Shown here in pieces: positions 49,901 through 63,100 of a stretch of DNA of 64,000 nucleotides. The notes under the pieces were generated by a model, which searched no databases, had not been told where the DNA came from, and saw only the letters and a list, made by a program, of their open reading frames with translations. How positions within the stretch are numbered: the first letter of the stretch is position 1; each line of letters starts with the position of its first letter. A program made the translations under genes and the position numbers. The DNA is from Eledone cirrhosa (Eukaryota). Location: the NCBI GenBank assembly GCA_964016885.1, contig OZ024744.1:25668001-25732000 (forward strand), given 5' to 3'.

Positions 49901-52900
49901 TTAATGGTTGTTAGAAGTTGTTCGTGGTTGTTAGTGGTTGTTAGTGGTTGTTAGTGGTTGTTAGTGGTTGTTAGTGGTTGTTAGTAGTTTTTAGTGATTG
50001 TTAGTGGTTGTTAGTGGTTGTTTGTGGTTGTTAATGTTTGTTAGTGTTTGTTAGTAGTTGTTAGTGGTTGTTAGTGGTTCTAGTGTTGTTAGTGCTTGTT
50101 AGTGGTTGTTAGTGGTTGTTAGTGGTTGTTAGTCGTTGTTAGCGGTTGTTAGTGGTTGTTAGTGTTGTTAGTGGTTGTTAGTGGTTGTTAGTAGTTGTTA
50201 GTGGTTGTTAGTAGTTGTTAGTGGTTGTTAGTAATTGTTATTGGACGTTAGTGGTTGTTAATGGTTGTTAGTAGTGTTTAGTGGTTGTTAGTGGTCGTTA
50301 GTGATTGTTAGTGTTTGTTAGTGGTTGTTAGTAGTTGTCAGTGGTTGTTAGTGTTTGTTAGTGGTTGTTAGTGGTTGTTTGTGGTTGTTAATGGTTATTA
50401 TTGGTTGTTAGTAGTTGTTAGTGGTTGTTAGTGGTTGTTATTGGTTGTTAGTAATTGTTTTTGGTCGTTAGTGGTTGTTAATGGTTGTTAGTATTTGTTA
50501 GTGGTTGTTAGTGGTTGTTAGTGGTTGTTAGTGGTTGTTAGTTGTTGTTAGTAGTTGTTAGTGGTTGTTAGTGGTTGTTAGTGGTTGTTATTGTTGTTAG
50601 TGGTTGTTAGTGGTTGTTAGTGGTTGTTGTGTGGATGTTAGTGGTTGTTAGTGGTTGTTAGTAGTTGTTAGTGGTTGTTAGTGTTTGTTAGTGGTTGTTA
50701 GTATTTGTTAGAGCTTGGTGGTGGTTGTTAGTGTTTGGTAGTGGTGTTAGTAGTTGTTAGTGGTTGTTATTGGTTGATAGTGGTTGTTAGTGGTTGTTAG
50801 TGGTTGTTAGATGTTGTTAGTGGTTGTTAGTGGTTGTTAGTGGTTGTTAGTAGTTTTTAGTGGTTGTTAGTGTTTGTTAGTGGTTGTTAGTGGTTGTTAG
50901 TAGTTGTTCGTGGTTGTTAGTGGTTGTTAGTGGTTGTTATTGGTTGTTAGTGGTTGTTAGTGGTTGTTAGTGGTTGTTAGATGTTGTTAGTGGTTGTTAG
51001 TGGTTGTTAGTGGTTGTTAGTGGTTGTTAGTGGTTGTTACCGGGTGTTAGTGGCTGTTAGTGTTGTTAGAGTTTGTTAGTGGTTGTTACTGGTTGTTAGT
51101 AGTTGTTAGAACTTGGTAGTGGTTGTTAGTAGTTGTTAGTGGTTGTCATTGGTTGTTAGTGGTTGCTAGTGGTTGTTAGTGGTTGTTAGATGTTGTTAGT
51201 GGTTGTTAGTGGTTGTTAGTGGTTGTTATTAGTTGTTAGTGGTTGGCAGTGGTTGCTTGTGGTTGTTAGTGGTTGTTACTAGTTGTTCGTGGTTGTTAGT
51301 GTTTGATAGTGGTTGTTAGTGGTTATTAGTGGTTGTTTGTGGTTGTTACTGGTTGTTAGTGGTTGTTAGAGCTTGGTAGTGGTTGTTAGTGGTTGTTAGT
51401 GGTTGTTAGTAATCGTTAGTGGTTGTTAGTGGTTGTTAGTGGTTGTTAGTGGTTGTTAGTGGATGTTAGTAGTTGTTAATGGTTGTTAGTGGTTGTTAGT
51501 GGTTGTTAGTAGTTGTAAGTGGTTGTTAGTATTTGTTAACGTTTGATAATGGTTGTTAATGTTTGTTAGTAGTTGTTACTGGTTGTTCGTGGTTGTTAGT
51601 GGTTGTTAGTGTTTGTTAGTGGTTGTTAGTGGTAGTTAGCAGTTGTTATTGGTTTTTAGTGTTGTTAGTGGTTGTTAGTGGTTGTTAGTGGTTGTTAGTA
51701 GTTGTTAGAACTTGTTAGTGGTTGTTAATGGTTGTTAATGGTTGTTAGTGGTTGTTAGTGGTTGTTAGTAGTTGTTAGTGGTTGTTAGTTGTTGTTTGTG
51801 TTTGTTAGTGGTTGTTAGTGACGATTAGTGTTGTTAGTGGTTGTTAGTGGTTGTTAGTGGTTGTTAGTGGTTGTTAGTGGTTGTTAGTGGTTGTTAGTGG
51901 ATGTTAGTAGTTGTTAATGGTTGTTAGTGGTTGTTAGTGGTTGGTAGTAGTTGTTAATACTTGATAATGGTTGTTAGTTGTTGTTAGTGGTTAATAGTAG
52001 TTGTTAGTGGTTGTTAGTATATGTAAGTTGTTAGTGGATGTTAGTGGATGTTAGTAGTTGTTGATGGTTGTTAGTGGTTGTTAGTGGTTGTTAGTGGTTG
52101 TTATCGGTTGTTAGTGGCTGTTAGTGTTGTTAGAGGTTGTTAGTGGTTGTTACTGGTTTTTAGTAGTTGTTAGAACTTGGTAGTGGTTGTTAGTGGTTGT
52201 TAGTGGTTGTTAGTAGTTGTTAGTAGTTGTCATTGTTTTGTTAGTGGTTGCTAGTGGTTGTTAGTGGTTGTTAGATGTTGTTAGTGGTTGTTAGTGGTTG
52301 TTAGTGGTTATTAGTGGTTGTTTGTGGTTGTTACTGGTTGTTAGTGGTTGTTAGAGCTTGGTAGTGGTTGTTAGTGGTTGTTAGTGGTTGTTAGTAATTG
52401 TTAGTGGTTGTTAGTGGTTGTTAGTGGTTGTTAGTGGTTGTTAGTGGATGTTAGTAGTTGTTAATGGTTGTTAGTGGTTGTTAGTGGTTGTTAGTAGTTG
52501 TTAGTGATTGTTAGTGGTTGTTAGTGGGCGTTAGTGGTTGGTAGTGATTGGTAGTGGTTGTTAGTGTTATTAGTGGTTGTTAGTGGTTGTTATTAGTTGT
52601 TAGTGGTTGTTAGTGGTTGTTAGTGGTTGTTAGTGTTTGTTAGTGGTTGTGAGTGGTTGTTAGTAGATGTTACTCGTTGTTAGTGGTTGTTAGTGGTTGT
52701 TAATGTTTGTTAATTGTTGTTAGTGGTTGTTAGTGGTTGTTAGTGGTTGTTAGTGGTTGTTAGTGGTCGTTAGTAATTGTTATTGGTCGTTAGTGGTCGT
52801 TAATGGTTGTTAGAAGTTGTTCGTGGTTGTTTGTGGTTGTTAATGTTTGTTAGTGGTTGTTAGTAGTTGTTAGTGGTTGTTAGTGGTTCTAGTGTTGTTA

Positions 52901-53869
52901 GTGCTTGTTAGTGGTTGTTAGTGGTTGTTAGTGGTTGTTTGTCGTTGTTAGCGGTTGTTAGTGGTTGTTAGTGTTGTTTGTGGTTGTTAGTGGTTGTTAG
53001 TAGTTGTTAGTGGTTGTTAGTAGTTGTTAGTGGTTGTTAGTGGTTGTTAGTAGTTGTTAGTGGTTGTTAGTAGTTGTTAGTGGTTGTTAGTAATTGTTAT
53101 TGAACGTTAGTGGTTGTTAATGGTTGTTAGTAGTGTTTAGTGGTTGTTAGTGGTCGTTAGTGATTGTTAGTGTTTGTTAGTGGTTGTTAGTAGTTGTCAG
53201 TGGTTGTTAGTGTTTGTTAGTGGTTGTTAGTGGTTGTTTGTGGTTGTTAATGGTTATTATTGGTTGTTAGTAGTTGTTAGTGGTTGTTAGTGGTTGTTAT
53301 TGGTTGTTAGTAATTGTTATTGGTCGTTAGTGGTTGTTAATGGTTGTTAGTATTTGTTAGTGGTTGTTAGTGGTTGTTAGTGGTTGTTAGTGGTTGTTAG
53401 TTGTTGTTAGTAGTTGTTAGTGGTTGTTAGTGGTTGTTAGTGGTTGTTATTGTTGTTAGTGGTTGTTAGTGGTTGTTAGTGGTTGTTGTTAGGATGTTAG
53501 TGGTTGTTAGTGGTTGTTAGTAGTTGTTAGTGGTTGTTAGTGTTTGTTAGTGGTTGTTAGTGGTTGTTTGTTGTTGTTAATGGTTATTAGTGGTTGTTAG
53601 TAGTTGTTAGTGGTTGTTAGTGGTTGTTACTGGTTGTTAGTATTTGTTAGAGCTTGGTGGTGGTTGTTAGTGGTTGTTAGTGGTGTTAGTAGTTGTTAGT
53701 GGTTGTTATTGTTTGATAATGGTTGTTAGTGGTTGTTAGTGGTTGTTAAATGTTGTTAGTGGTTGTTAGTGGTTGTTAGTGGTTGTTAGTAGTTTTTAGT
53801 GGTTGTTAGTGTTTGTTAGTGGTTGTTAGTGGTTGTTAGTAGTTGTTCGTGGTTGTTAGTGGTTGTTAG

Positions 53870-55270
53870 TGGTTGTTATTGGTTGTTAGTGGTTGTTAGT
53901 GGTTGTTAGTGGTTGTTAGATGTTGTTAGTGGTTGTTAGTGGTTGTTAGTGGTTGTTAGTGGTTGTTAGTGGTTGTTAACGGTTGTTAGTGGCTGTTAGT
54001 GTTGTTAGAGGTTGTTAGTGGTTGTTACTGGTTGTTAGTAGTTGTTAGAACTTGGTAGTGGTTGTTAGTGGTTGTTAGTGGTTGTTAGTAGTTGTTAGTG
54101 GTTGTCATTGGTTGTTAGTGGTTGCTAGTGGTTGTTAGTGGTTGTTAGATGTTGTTAGTGGTTGTTAGTGGTTGTTAGTGGTTGTTATTAGTTGTTAGTG
54201 GTTGGCAGTGGTTGCTTGTGGTTGTTAGTGGTTGTTACTAGTTGTTCGTGGTTGTTAGTGTTTGTTAGTGGTTGTTAGTGGTTATTAGTGGTTGTTTGTG
54301 GTTGTTACTGGTTGTTAGTGGTTGTTAGAGCTTGGTAGTGGTTGTTAGTGGTTGTTAGTGGTTGTTAGTAATTGTTAGTGGTTGTTAGTGGTTGTTAGTG
54401 GTTGTTAGTGTTTGTTAGTGGATGTTAGTAGTTGTTAATGGTTGTTAGTGGTTGTTAGTGGTTGTTAGTAGTTGTTAGTGGTGGTTAGTATTTGTTAACG
54501 TTTGATAATGGTTGGTAGTGGTTGTTAGTGGTTGTTAGTAGTTGTTAGTGGTTGTTAGTGGTTGTTAGTGGTTGTTATTGGTTGTTAGTGGTTGTTAGTG
54601 GTTGTTAGTGGTTGTTAGATGTTGTTAGTGGTTGTTAGTGGTTGTTAGTGGTTGTTAGTGGTTGTTAGTGGTTGTTAACGGTTGTTAGTGGCTGTTAGTG
54701 TTGTTAGAGGTTGTTAGTGGTTGTTACTAGTTGTTAGTAGTTGTTAGAACTTGGTAGTGGTTGTTAGTGGTTGTTAGTGGTTGTTAGTAGTTGTTAGTGG
54801 TTGTCATTGGTTGTTAGTGGTTGCTAGTGGTTGTTAGTGGTTGTTAGATGTTGTTAGTGGTTGTTAGTGGTTGTTAGTGGTTGTTATTAGTTGTTAGTGG
54901 TTGGCAGTGGTTGCTTGTGGTTGTTAGTGGTTGTTACTAGTTGTTCGTGGTTGTTAGTGTTTGTTAGTGGTTGTTAGTGGTTATTAGTGGTTGTTTGTGG
55001 TTGTTACTGGTTGTTAGTGGTTGTTAGAGCTTGGTAGTGGTTCTTAGTGGTTGTTAGTGGTTGTTAGCAATTGTTAGTGGTTGTTAGTGGTTGTTAGTGA
55101 TTGTTAGTGGTTGTTAGTGGATGTTAGTAGTTGTTAATGGTTGTTAGTGGTTGTTAGTGGTTGTTAGTAGTTGTTAGTGGTTGTTAGTATTTGTTAACGT
55201 TTGATAATGGTTGGTAGTGGTTGTTAGTGGTTGTTAGTAGTTGTTAGTGGTTGTTAGTGGTTGTTTGTGG
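53870..55270 (+). repeat. ~699-bp tandem duplication
   Basis: GGCAGTGGTTGCTTG has its C at 54206 and 54905. The flanking AGAACTT, GTCATT and AACGTTTGATAATGGTTGG markers repeat in the same order. Confidence 0.82.
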
Positions 55271-58200
55271 TTGTTAGTAGTTGTTAGTGATTGTTAGTGG
55301 TTGTTAGTGGATGTTAGTAGTTGTTAATGGTTGTTAGTGGTTGTTAGTGGTTGTTAGTAGTTGTTAGTGGTTGTTAGTATTTGTTAACGTTTGATAATGG
55401 TTGGTAGTGGTTGTTAGTGGTTGTTAGTAGTTGTTAGTGGTTGTTAGTGGTTGTTTGTGGTTGTTAGTAGTTGTTAGTGGTTGTTAGTAGTTGTTAATGT
55501 TTGATAATGTTTGTTAGTAGTTGTTAGTGGCTGTTAGTGGTTGTTAGTGGTTGTTAGTGGTTGTTAATGGTTGTTAGTGGTTGTTAGTATTTGTTAGTGG
55601 TTGTTAGTGGTTGTTAATGGTTGTTATTGGTTGTTAGTAGTTGTTAGTTGTTGTTAGTTGTTGTTAGTCGTTGTTAGTGGTTGTTAGTGGTTGTTAGTAG
55701 TTGTTAGTGGTTGTTATTGGTTGTTAGTGGTTCTTAGTGTTTGTTAGTCGTTGTTAGCGCTTGTTAGCGATTGTTAGTGTTGTTAGTGGTTGTTAGGGGT
55801 TGTTAGTAGTTGTTAGTAGTTGTTAGAGGTTGTTAGTGGTTGTTAGTGGTTGTTAGTGGTTGTTAGTTGTTGTTAGTGGTTGTTAGTAGTTGTTATTGGT
55901 CGTTACTGGTTGCTAATGATTATTAGTAGTTGTTAGTGGTTGTTAGTGGTTGGTAGTGGTTGTTAGTGGTTGTTAGTGGTTGTTAGTGGTTGTTAGTGGT
56001 TGTTAGTGGTTGTTAGTGGTTGTTAGTAGTTGTTAGTGGTTGTTAGTGGTTGTTACTGATTGTCAGTGGTTGTTAGTGGTTGTTAGTAATTGTTATTGGT
56101 CGTTAGTGGTTGTTAATGTTTGTTAGTAGTTGTTACTGGTTGTTCGTGGTTGTTAGTGGTTGTTAGTGGTTGTTAGTGGTTGTTAGTGGTTGTTAGCAGT
56201 TGTTATTGGTTTTTAGTATTGTTAGTGGTTGTTAGTGGTTGTTAGTGGTTGTTAGTAGTTGTTAGAACTTGTTAGTGGTTGTTAATGGTTGTTAATGGTT
56301 GTTAGTGGTTGTTAGTGGTTGTTAGTAGTTGTTAGTGGTTGTTAGTTGTTGTTTGTGGTTGTTAGTGGTTGTTAGTGACGATTAGTGTTGTTAGTGATTG
56401 TTAGTGGTTGTTAGTGGTTGTTAGTGGTTGTTAGTGGTTGTTAGTGGTTGTTAGTGGATGTTAGTAGTTGTTAATGGTTGTTAGTGGTTGTTAGTGGTTG
56501 GTAGTAATTGTTAATGCTTGATAATGGTTGTTAGTTGTTGTTAGTGGTTGATAGTAGTTGTTAGTGGTTGTTAGTAGATGTAAGTTGTTAGTGGATGTTA
56601 GTGGATGTTAGTAGTTGTTGATGGTTGTTAGTGGTTGTTAGTGGTTGTTAGTGGTTGTTAGCGGTTGTTAGTGGCTGTTAGTGTTGTTAGAGGTTGTTAG
56701 CGGTTGTTACTGGTTGTTAGTAGTTGTTAGAACTTGGTAGTGGTTGTTAGTGGTTGTTAGTGGTTGTTAGTAGTTGTTAGTGGTTGTCATTGTTTTGTTA
56801 GTGGTTGCTAGTGGTTGTTAGTGGTTGTTAGATGTTGTTAGTGGTTGTTAGTGGTTGTTAGTGGTTGTTAGTAGTTGTTAGTGGTTGTTAGTGGTTGTTT
56901 GTGGTTGTTAGTGGTTGTTGCTAGTTGTTCGTGGTTGTTAGTGTTTGTTAGTGGTTGTTAGTGGTTATTAGTGGTTGTTTGTGGTTGTTACTGGTTGTTA
57001 GTGGTTGTTAGAGCTTGGTAGTGGTTGTTAGTGGTTGTTAGTGGTTGTTAGTAATTGTTAGTGGTTGTTAGTGGTTGTTAGTGGTTGTTAGTGGTTGTTA
57101 GTGGATGTTAGTAGTTGTTAATGGTTGTTAGTGGTTGTTAGTGGTTGTTAGTAGTTGTTAGTGGTTGTTAGTATTTGTTAACGTTTGATAATGGTTGTTA
57201 GTGGTTGTTAGTGGTTGTTAGTAGTTGTTAGTGGTTGTTAGTGGTTGTTTGTGGATGTTAGTAGTTGTTAGTGGTTGTTAGTAGTTGTTAATGTTTGATA
57301 ATGTTTGTTAGTAGTTGTTAGTGGTTGTTAGTGGTTGTTAGTGGTTGTTAGTGGTTGTTAATGGTTGTTAGTGGTTGTTAGTATTTGTTAGTGGTTGTTA
57401 GTGGTTGTTAATGGTTGTTATTGGTTGTTAGTAGTTGTTAGTTGTTGTTAGTTGTTGTTAGTGGTTGTTAGTGGTTGTTAGTGGTTGTTAGTAGTTGTTA
57501 GTGGTTGTTATTGGTTGTTAGTGGTTCTTAGTGTTTGTTAGTCGTTGTTAGCGCTTGTTAGTGATTGTTAGTGTTGTTAGTGGTTGTTAGTGGTTGTCAT
57601 TGGTTGTTAGTGGTTGCTAGTGGTTGTTAGTGGTTGTTAGATGTTGTTAGTGGTTGTTAGTGGTTGTTAGTGGTTGTTATTAGTTGTTAGTGGTTGGCAG
57701 TGGTTGCTTGTGGTTGTTAGTGGTTGTTACTAGTTGTTCGTGGTTGTTAGTGTTTGTTAGTGGTTGTTAGTGGTTATTAGTGGTTGTTTGTGGTTGTTAC
57801 TGGTTGTTAGTGGTTGTTAGAGCTTGGTAGTGGTTCTTAGTGGTTGTTAATGGTTGTTAGCAATTGTTAGTGGTTGTTAGTGGTTGTTAGTGATTGTTAG
57901 TGGTTGTTAGTGGATGTTAGTAGTTGTTAATGGTTGTTAGTGGTTGTTAGTGGTTGTTAGTAGTTGTTAGTGGTTGTTAGTATTTGTTAACGTTTGATAA
58001 TGGTTGGTAGTGGTTGTTAGTGGTTGTTAGTAGTTGTTAGTGGTTGTTAGTGGTTGTTTGTGGTTGTTAGTAGTTGTTAGTGATTGTTAGTGGTTGTTAG
58101 TGGATGTTAGTAGTTGTTAATGGTTGTTAGTGGTTGTTAGTGGTTGTTAGTAGTTGTTAGTGGTTGTTAGTATTTGTTAACGTTTGATAATGGTTGGTAG

Positions 58201-60153
58201 TGGTTGTTAGTGGTTGTTAGTAGTTGTTAGTGGTTGTTAGTGGTTGTTTGTGGTTGTTAGTAGTTGTTAGTGGTTGTTAGTAGTTGTTAATGTTTGATAA
58301 TGTTTGTTAGTAGTTGTTAGTGGCTGTTAGTGGTTGTTAGTGGTTGTTAGTGGTTGTTAATGGTTGTTAGTGGTTGTTAGTATTTGTTAGTGGTTGTTAG
58401 TGGTTGTTAATGGTTGTTATTGGTTGTTAGTAGTTGTTAGTTGTTGTTAGTTGTTGTTAGTCGTTGTTAGTGGTTGTTAGTGGTTGTTAGTAGTTGTTAG
58501 TGGTTGTTATTGGTTGTTAGTGGTTCTTAGTGTTTGTTAGTCGTTGTTAGCGCTTGTTAGCGATTGTTAGTGTTGTTAGTGGTTGTTAGGGGTTGTTAGT
58601 AGTTGTTAGTAGTTGTTAGAGGTTGTTAGTGGTTGTTAGTGGTTGTTAGTGGTTGTTAGTTGTTGTTAGTGGTTGTTAGTAGTTGTTATTGGTCGTTACT
58701 GGTTGCTAATGATTATTAGTAGTTGTTAGTGGTTGTTAGTGGTTGGTAGTGGTTGTTAGTGGTTGTTAGTGGTTGTTAGTGGTTGTTAGTGGTTGTTAGT
58801 GGTTGTTAGTGGTTGTTAGTAGTTGTTAGTGGTTGTTAGTGGTTGTTACTGATTGTCAGTGGTTGTTAGTGGTTGTTAGTAATTGTTATTGGTCGTTAGT
58901 GGTTGTTAATGTTTGTTAGTAGTTGTTACTGGTTGTTCGTGGTTGTTAGTGGTTGTTAGTGGTTGTTAGTGGTTGTTAGTGGTTGTTAGCAGTTGTTATT
59001 GGTTTTTAGTATTGTTAGTGGTTGTTAGTGGTTGTTAGTGGTTGTTAGTAGTTGTTAGAACTTGTTAGTGGTTGTTAATGGTTGTTAATGGTTGTTAGTG
59101 GTTGTTAGTGGTTGTTAGTAGTTGTTAGTGGTTGTTAGTTGTTGTTTGTGGTTGTTAGTGGTTGTTAGTGACGATTAGTGTTGTTAGTGATTGTTAGTGG
59201 TTGTTAGTGGTTGTTAGTGGTTGTTAGTGGTTGTTAGTGGTTGTTAGTGGATGTTAGTAGTTGTTAATGGTTGTTAGTGGTTGTTAGTGGTTGGTAGTAG
59301 TTGTTAATGCTTGATAATGGTTGTTAGTTGTTGTTAGTGGTTGATAGTAGTTGTTAGTGGTTGTTAGTAGATGTAAGTTGTTAGTGGATGTTAGTGGATG
59401 TTAGTAGTTGTTGATGGTTGTTAGTGGTTGTTAGTGGTTGTTAGTGGTTGTTAGCGGTTGTTAGTGGCTGTTAGTGTTGTTAGAGGTTGTTAGCGGTTGT
59501 TACTGGTTGTTAGTAGTTGTTAGAACTTGGTAGTGGTTGTTAGTGGTTGTTAGTGGTTGTTAGTAGTTGTTAGTGGTTGTCATTGTTTTGTTAGTGGTTG
59601 CTAGTGGTTGTTAGTGGTTGTTAGATGTTGTTAGTGGTTGTTAGTGGTTGTTAGTGGTTGTTAGTAGTTGTTAGTGGTTGTTAGTGGTTGTTTGTGGTTG
59701 TTAGTGGTTGTTGCTAGTTGTTCGTGGTTGTTAGTGTTTGTTAGTGGTTGTTAGTGGTTATTAGTGGTTGTTTGTGGTTGTTACTGGTTGTTAGTGGTTG
59801 TTAGAGCTTGGTAGTGGTTGTTAGTGGTTGTTAGTGGTTGTTAGTAATTGTTAGTGGTTGTTAGTGGTTGTTAGTGGTTGTTAGTGGTTGTTAGTGGATG
59901 TTAGTAGTTGTTAATGGTTGTTAGTGGTTGTTAGTGGTTGTTAGTAGTTGTTAGTGGTTGTTAGTATTTGTTAACGTTTGATAATGGTTGTTAGTGGTTG
60001 TTAGTGGTTGTTAGTAGTTGTTAGTGGTTGTTAGTGGTTGTTTGTGGTTGTTAGTAGTTGTTAGTGGTTGTTAGTAGTTGTTAATGTTTGATAATGTTTG
60101 TTAGTAGTTGTTAGTGGTTGTTAGTGGTTGTTAGTGGTTGTTAGTGGTTGTTA
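54790..60153 (+). repeat. 2793-bp tandem duplication (~54790-57585 vs ~57585-60153, second unit truncated)
   Basis: GTCATT (C position) 54805/57598, GACGATT 56377/59170 and the 7-mer TAAGTTG 56581/59374 all give 2793. Confidence 0.92.
55085..55475 (+). repeat. 190-bp tandem duplication, carried into copies at ~57880-58270 and ~62640-63030
   Basis: TTGTTAACGTTTGATAATGGTTGG occurs at 55191 and 55381. The same doublet occurs near 57985/58175 and 62742/62932. Confidence 0.85.
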
Positions 60154-63100
60154 GTGGTTGTTAGTGGTTGTTAGTGGTTGTTAGTAGTTTTTAGTGATTG
60201 TTAGTGGTTGTTAGTGGTTGTTTGTGGTTGTTAATGTTTGTTAGTGGTTGTTAGTAGTTGTTAGTGGTTGTTAGTGGTTCTAGTGTTGTTAGTGCTTGTT
60301 AGTGGTTGTTAGTGGTTGTTAGTGGTTGTTTGTCGTTGTTAGCGGTTGTTAGTGGTTGTTAGTGTTGTTTGTGGTTGTTAGTGGTTGTTAGTAGTTGTTA
60401 GTGGTTGTTAGTAGTTGTTAGTGGTTGTTAGTGGTTGTTAGTAGTTGTTAGTGGTTGTTAGTAGTTGTTAGTGGTTGTTAGTAATTGTTATTGAACGTTA
60501 GTGGTTGTTAATGGTTGTTAGTAGTGTTTAGTGGTTGTTAGTGGTCGTTAGTGATTGTTAGTGTTTGTTAGTGGTTGTTAGTAGTTGTCAGTGGTTGTTA
60601 GTGTTTGTTAGTGGTTGTTAGTGGTTGTTTGTGGTTGTTAATGGTTATTATTGGTTGTTAGTAGTTGTTAGTGGTTGTTAGTGGTTGTTATTGGTTGTTA
60701 GTAATTGTTATTGGTCGTTAGTGGTTGTTAATGGTTGTTAGTATTTGTTAGTGGTTGTTAGTGGTTGTTAGTGGTTGTTAGTGGTTGTTAGTTGTTGTTA
60801 GTAGTTGTTAGTGGTTGTTAGTGGTTGTTAGTGGTTGTTATTGTTGTTAGTGGTTGTTAGTGGTTGTTAGTGGTTGTTGTTAGGATGTTAGTGGTTGTTA
60901 GTGGTTGTTAGTAGTTGTTAGTGGTTGTTAGTGTTTGTTAGTGGTTGTTAGTGGTTGTTTGTTGTTGTTAATGGTTATTAGTGGTTGTTAGTAGTTGTTA
61001 GTGGTTGTTAGTGGTTGTTACTGGTTGTTAGTATTTGTTAGAGCTTGGTGGTGGTTGTTAGTGGTTGTTAGTGGTGTTAGTAGTTGTTAGTGGTTGTTAT
61101 TGTTTGATAATGGTTGTTAGTGGTTGTTAGTGGTTGTTAAATGTTGTTAGTGGTTGTTAGTGGTTGTTAGTGGTTGTTAGTAGTTTTTAGTGGTTGTTAG
61201 TGTTTGTTAGTGGTTGTTAGTGGTTGTTAGTAGTTGTTCGTGGTTGTTAGTGGTTGTTAGTGGTTGTTATTGGTTGTTAGTGGTTGTTAGTGGTTGTTAG
61301 TGGTTGTTAGATGTTGTTAGTGGTTGTTAGTGGTTGTTAGTGGTTGTTAGTGGTTGTTAGTGGTTGTTAACGGTTGTTAGTGGCTGTTAGTGTTGTTAGA
61401 GGTTGTTAGTGGTTGTTACTGGTTGTTAGTAGTTGTTAGAACTTGGTAGTGGTTGTTAGTGGTTGTTAGTGGTTGTTAGTAGTTGTTAGTGGTTGTCATT
61501 GGTTGTTAGTGGTTGCTAGTGGTTGTTAGTGGTTGTTAGATGTTGTTAGTGGTTGTTAGTGGTTGTTAGTGGTTGTTATTAGTTGTTAGTGGTTGGCAGT
61601 GGTTGCTTGTGGTTGTTAGTGGTTGTTACTAGTTGTTCGTGGTTGTTAGTGTTTGTTAGTGGTTGTTAGTGGTTATTAGTGGTTGTTTGTGGTTGTTACT
61701 GGTTGTTAGTGGTTGTTAGAGCTTGGTAGTGGTTGTTAGTGGTTGTTAGTGGTTGTTAGTAATTGTTAGTGGTTGTTAGTGGTTGTTAGTGGTTGTTAGT
61801 AGTTGTTAGTGGTGGTTAGTATTTGTTAACGTTTGATAATGGTTGGTAGTGGTTGTTAGTGGTTGTTAGTAGTTGTTAGTGGTTGTTAGTGGTTGTTAGT
61901 GGTTGTTATTGGTTGTTAGTGGTTGTTAGTGGTTGTTAGTGGTTGTTAGATGTTGTTAGTGGTTGTTAGTGGATGTTAGTAGTTGTTAATGGTTGTTAGT
62001 GGTTGTTAGTGGTTGTTAGTAGTTGTTAGTGGTGGTTAGTATTTGTTAACGTTTGATAATGGTTGGTAGTGGTTGTTAGTGGTTGTTAGTAGTTGTTAGT
62101 GGTTGTTAGTGGTTGTTAGTGGTTGTTATTGGTTGTTAGTGGTTGTTAGTGGTTGTTAGTGGTTGTTAGATGTTGTTAGTGGTTGTTAGTGGTTGTTAGT
62201 GGTTGTTAGTGGTTGTTAGTGGTTGTTAACGGTTGTTAGTGGCTGTTAGTGTTGTTAGAGGTTGTTAGTGGTTGTTACTAGTTGTTAGTAGTTGTTAGAA
62301 CTTGGTAGTGGTTGTTAGTGGTTGTTAGTGGTTGTTAGTAGTTGTTAGTGGTTGTCATTGGTTGTTAGTGGTTGCTAGTGGTTGTTAGTGGTTGTTAGAT
62401 GTTGTTAGTGGTTGTTAGTGGTTGTTAGTGGTTGTTATTAGTTGTTAGTGGTTGGCAGTGGTTGCTTGTGGTTGTTAGTGGTTGTTACTAGTTGTTCGTG
62501 GTTGTTAGTGTTTGTTAGTGGTTGTTAGTGGTTATTAGTGGTTGTTTGTGGTTGTTACTGGTTGTTAGTGGTTGTTAGAGCTTGGTAGTGGTTCTTAGTG
62601 GTTGTTAGTGGTTGTTAGCAATTGTTAGTGGTTGTTAGTGGTTGTTAGTGATTGTTAGTGTTTGTTAGTGGATGTTAGTAGTTGTTAATGGTTGTTAGTG
62701 GTTGTTAGTGGTTGTTAGTAGTTGTTAGTGGTTGTTAGTATTTGTTAACGTTTGATAATGGTTGGTAGTGGTTGTTAGTGGTTGTTAGTAGTTGTTAGTG
62801 GTTGTTAGTGGTTGTTTGTGGTTGTTAGTAGTTGTTAGTGATTGTTAGTGGTTGTTAGTGGATGTTAGTAGTTGTTAATGGTTGTTAGTGGTTGTTAGTG
62901 GTTGTTAGTAGTTGTTAGTGGTTGTTAGTATTTGTTAACGTTTGATAATGGTTGGTAGTGGTTGTTAGTGGTTGTTAGTAGTTGTTAGTGGTTGTTAGTG
63001 GTTGTTTGTGGTTGTTAGTAGTTGTTAGTGGTTGTTAGTAGTTGTTAATGTTTGATAATGTTTGTTAGTAGTTGTTAGTGGCTGTTAGTGGTTGTTAGTG

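Larger units (their letters stand above)
30491..51787 (+). repeat. 10,645-bp near-perfect tandem duplication (30491-41135 and 41136-51780)
   Basis: The offset is 10645 at every marker checked: 30546/41191, 31778/42423, 32666/43311, 34127/44772, 35615/46260, 38369/49014, 40394/51039. Homology fails at 30490/41135 and 41143/51788. Confidence 0.95.
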
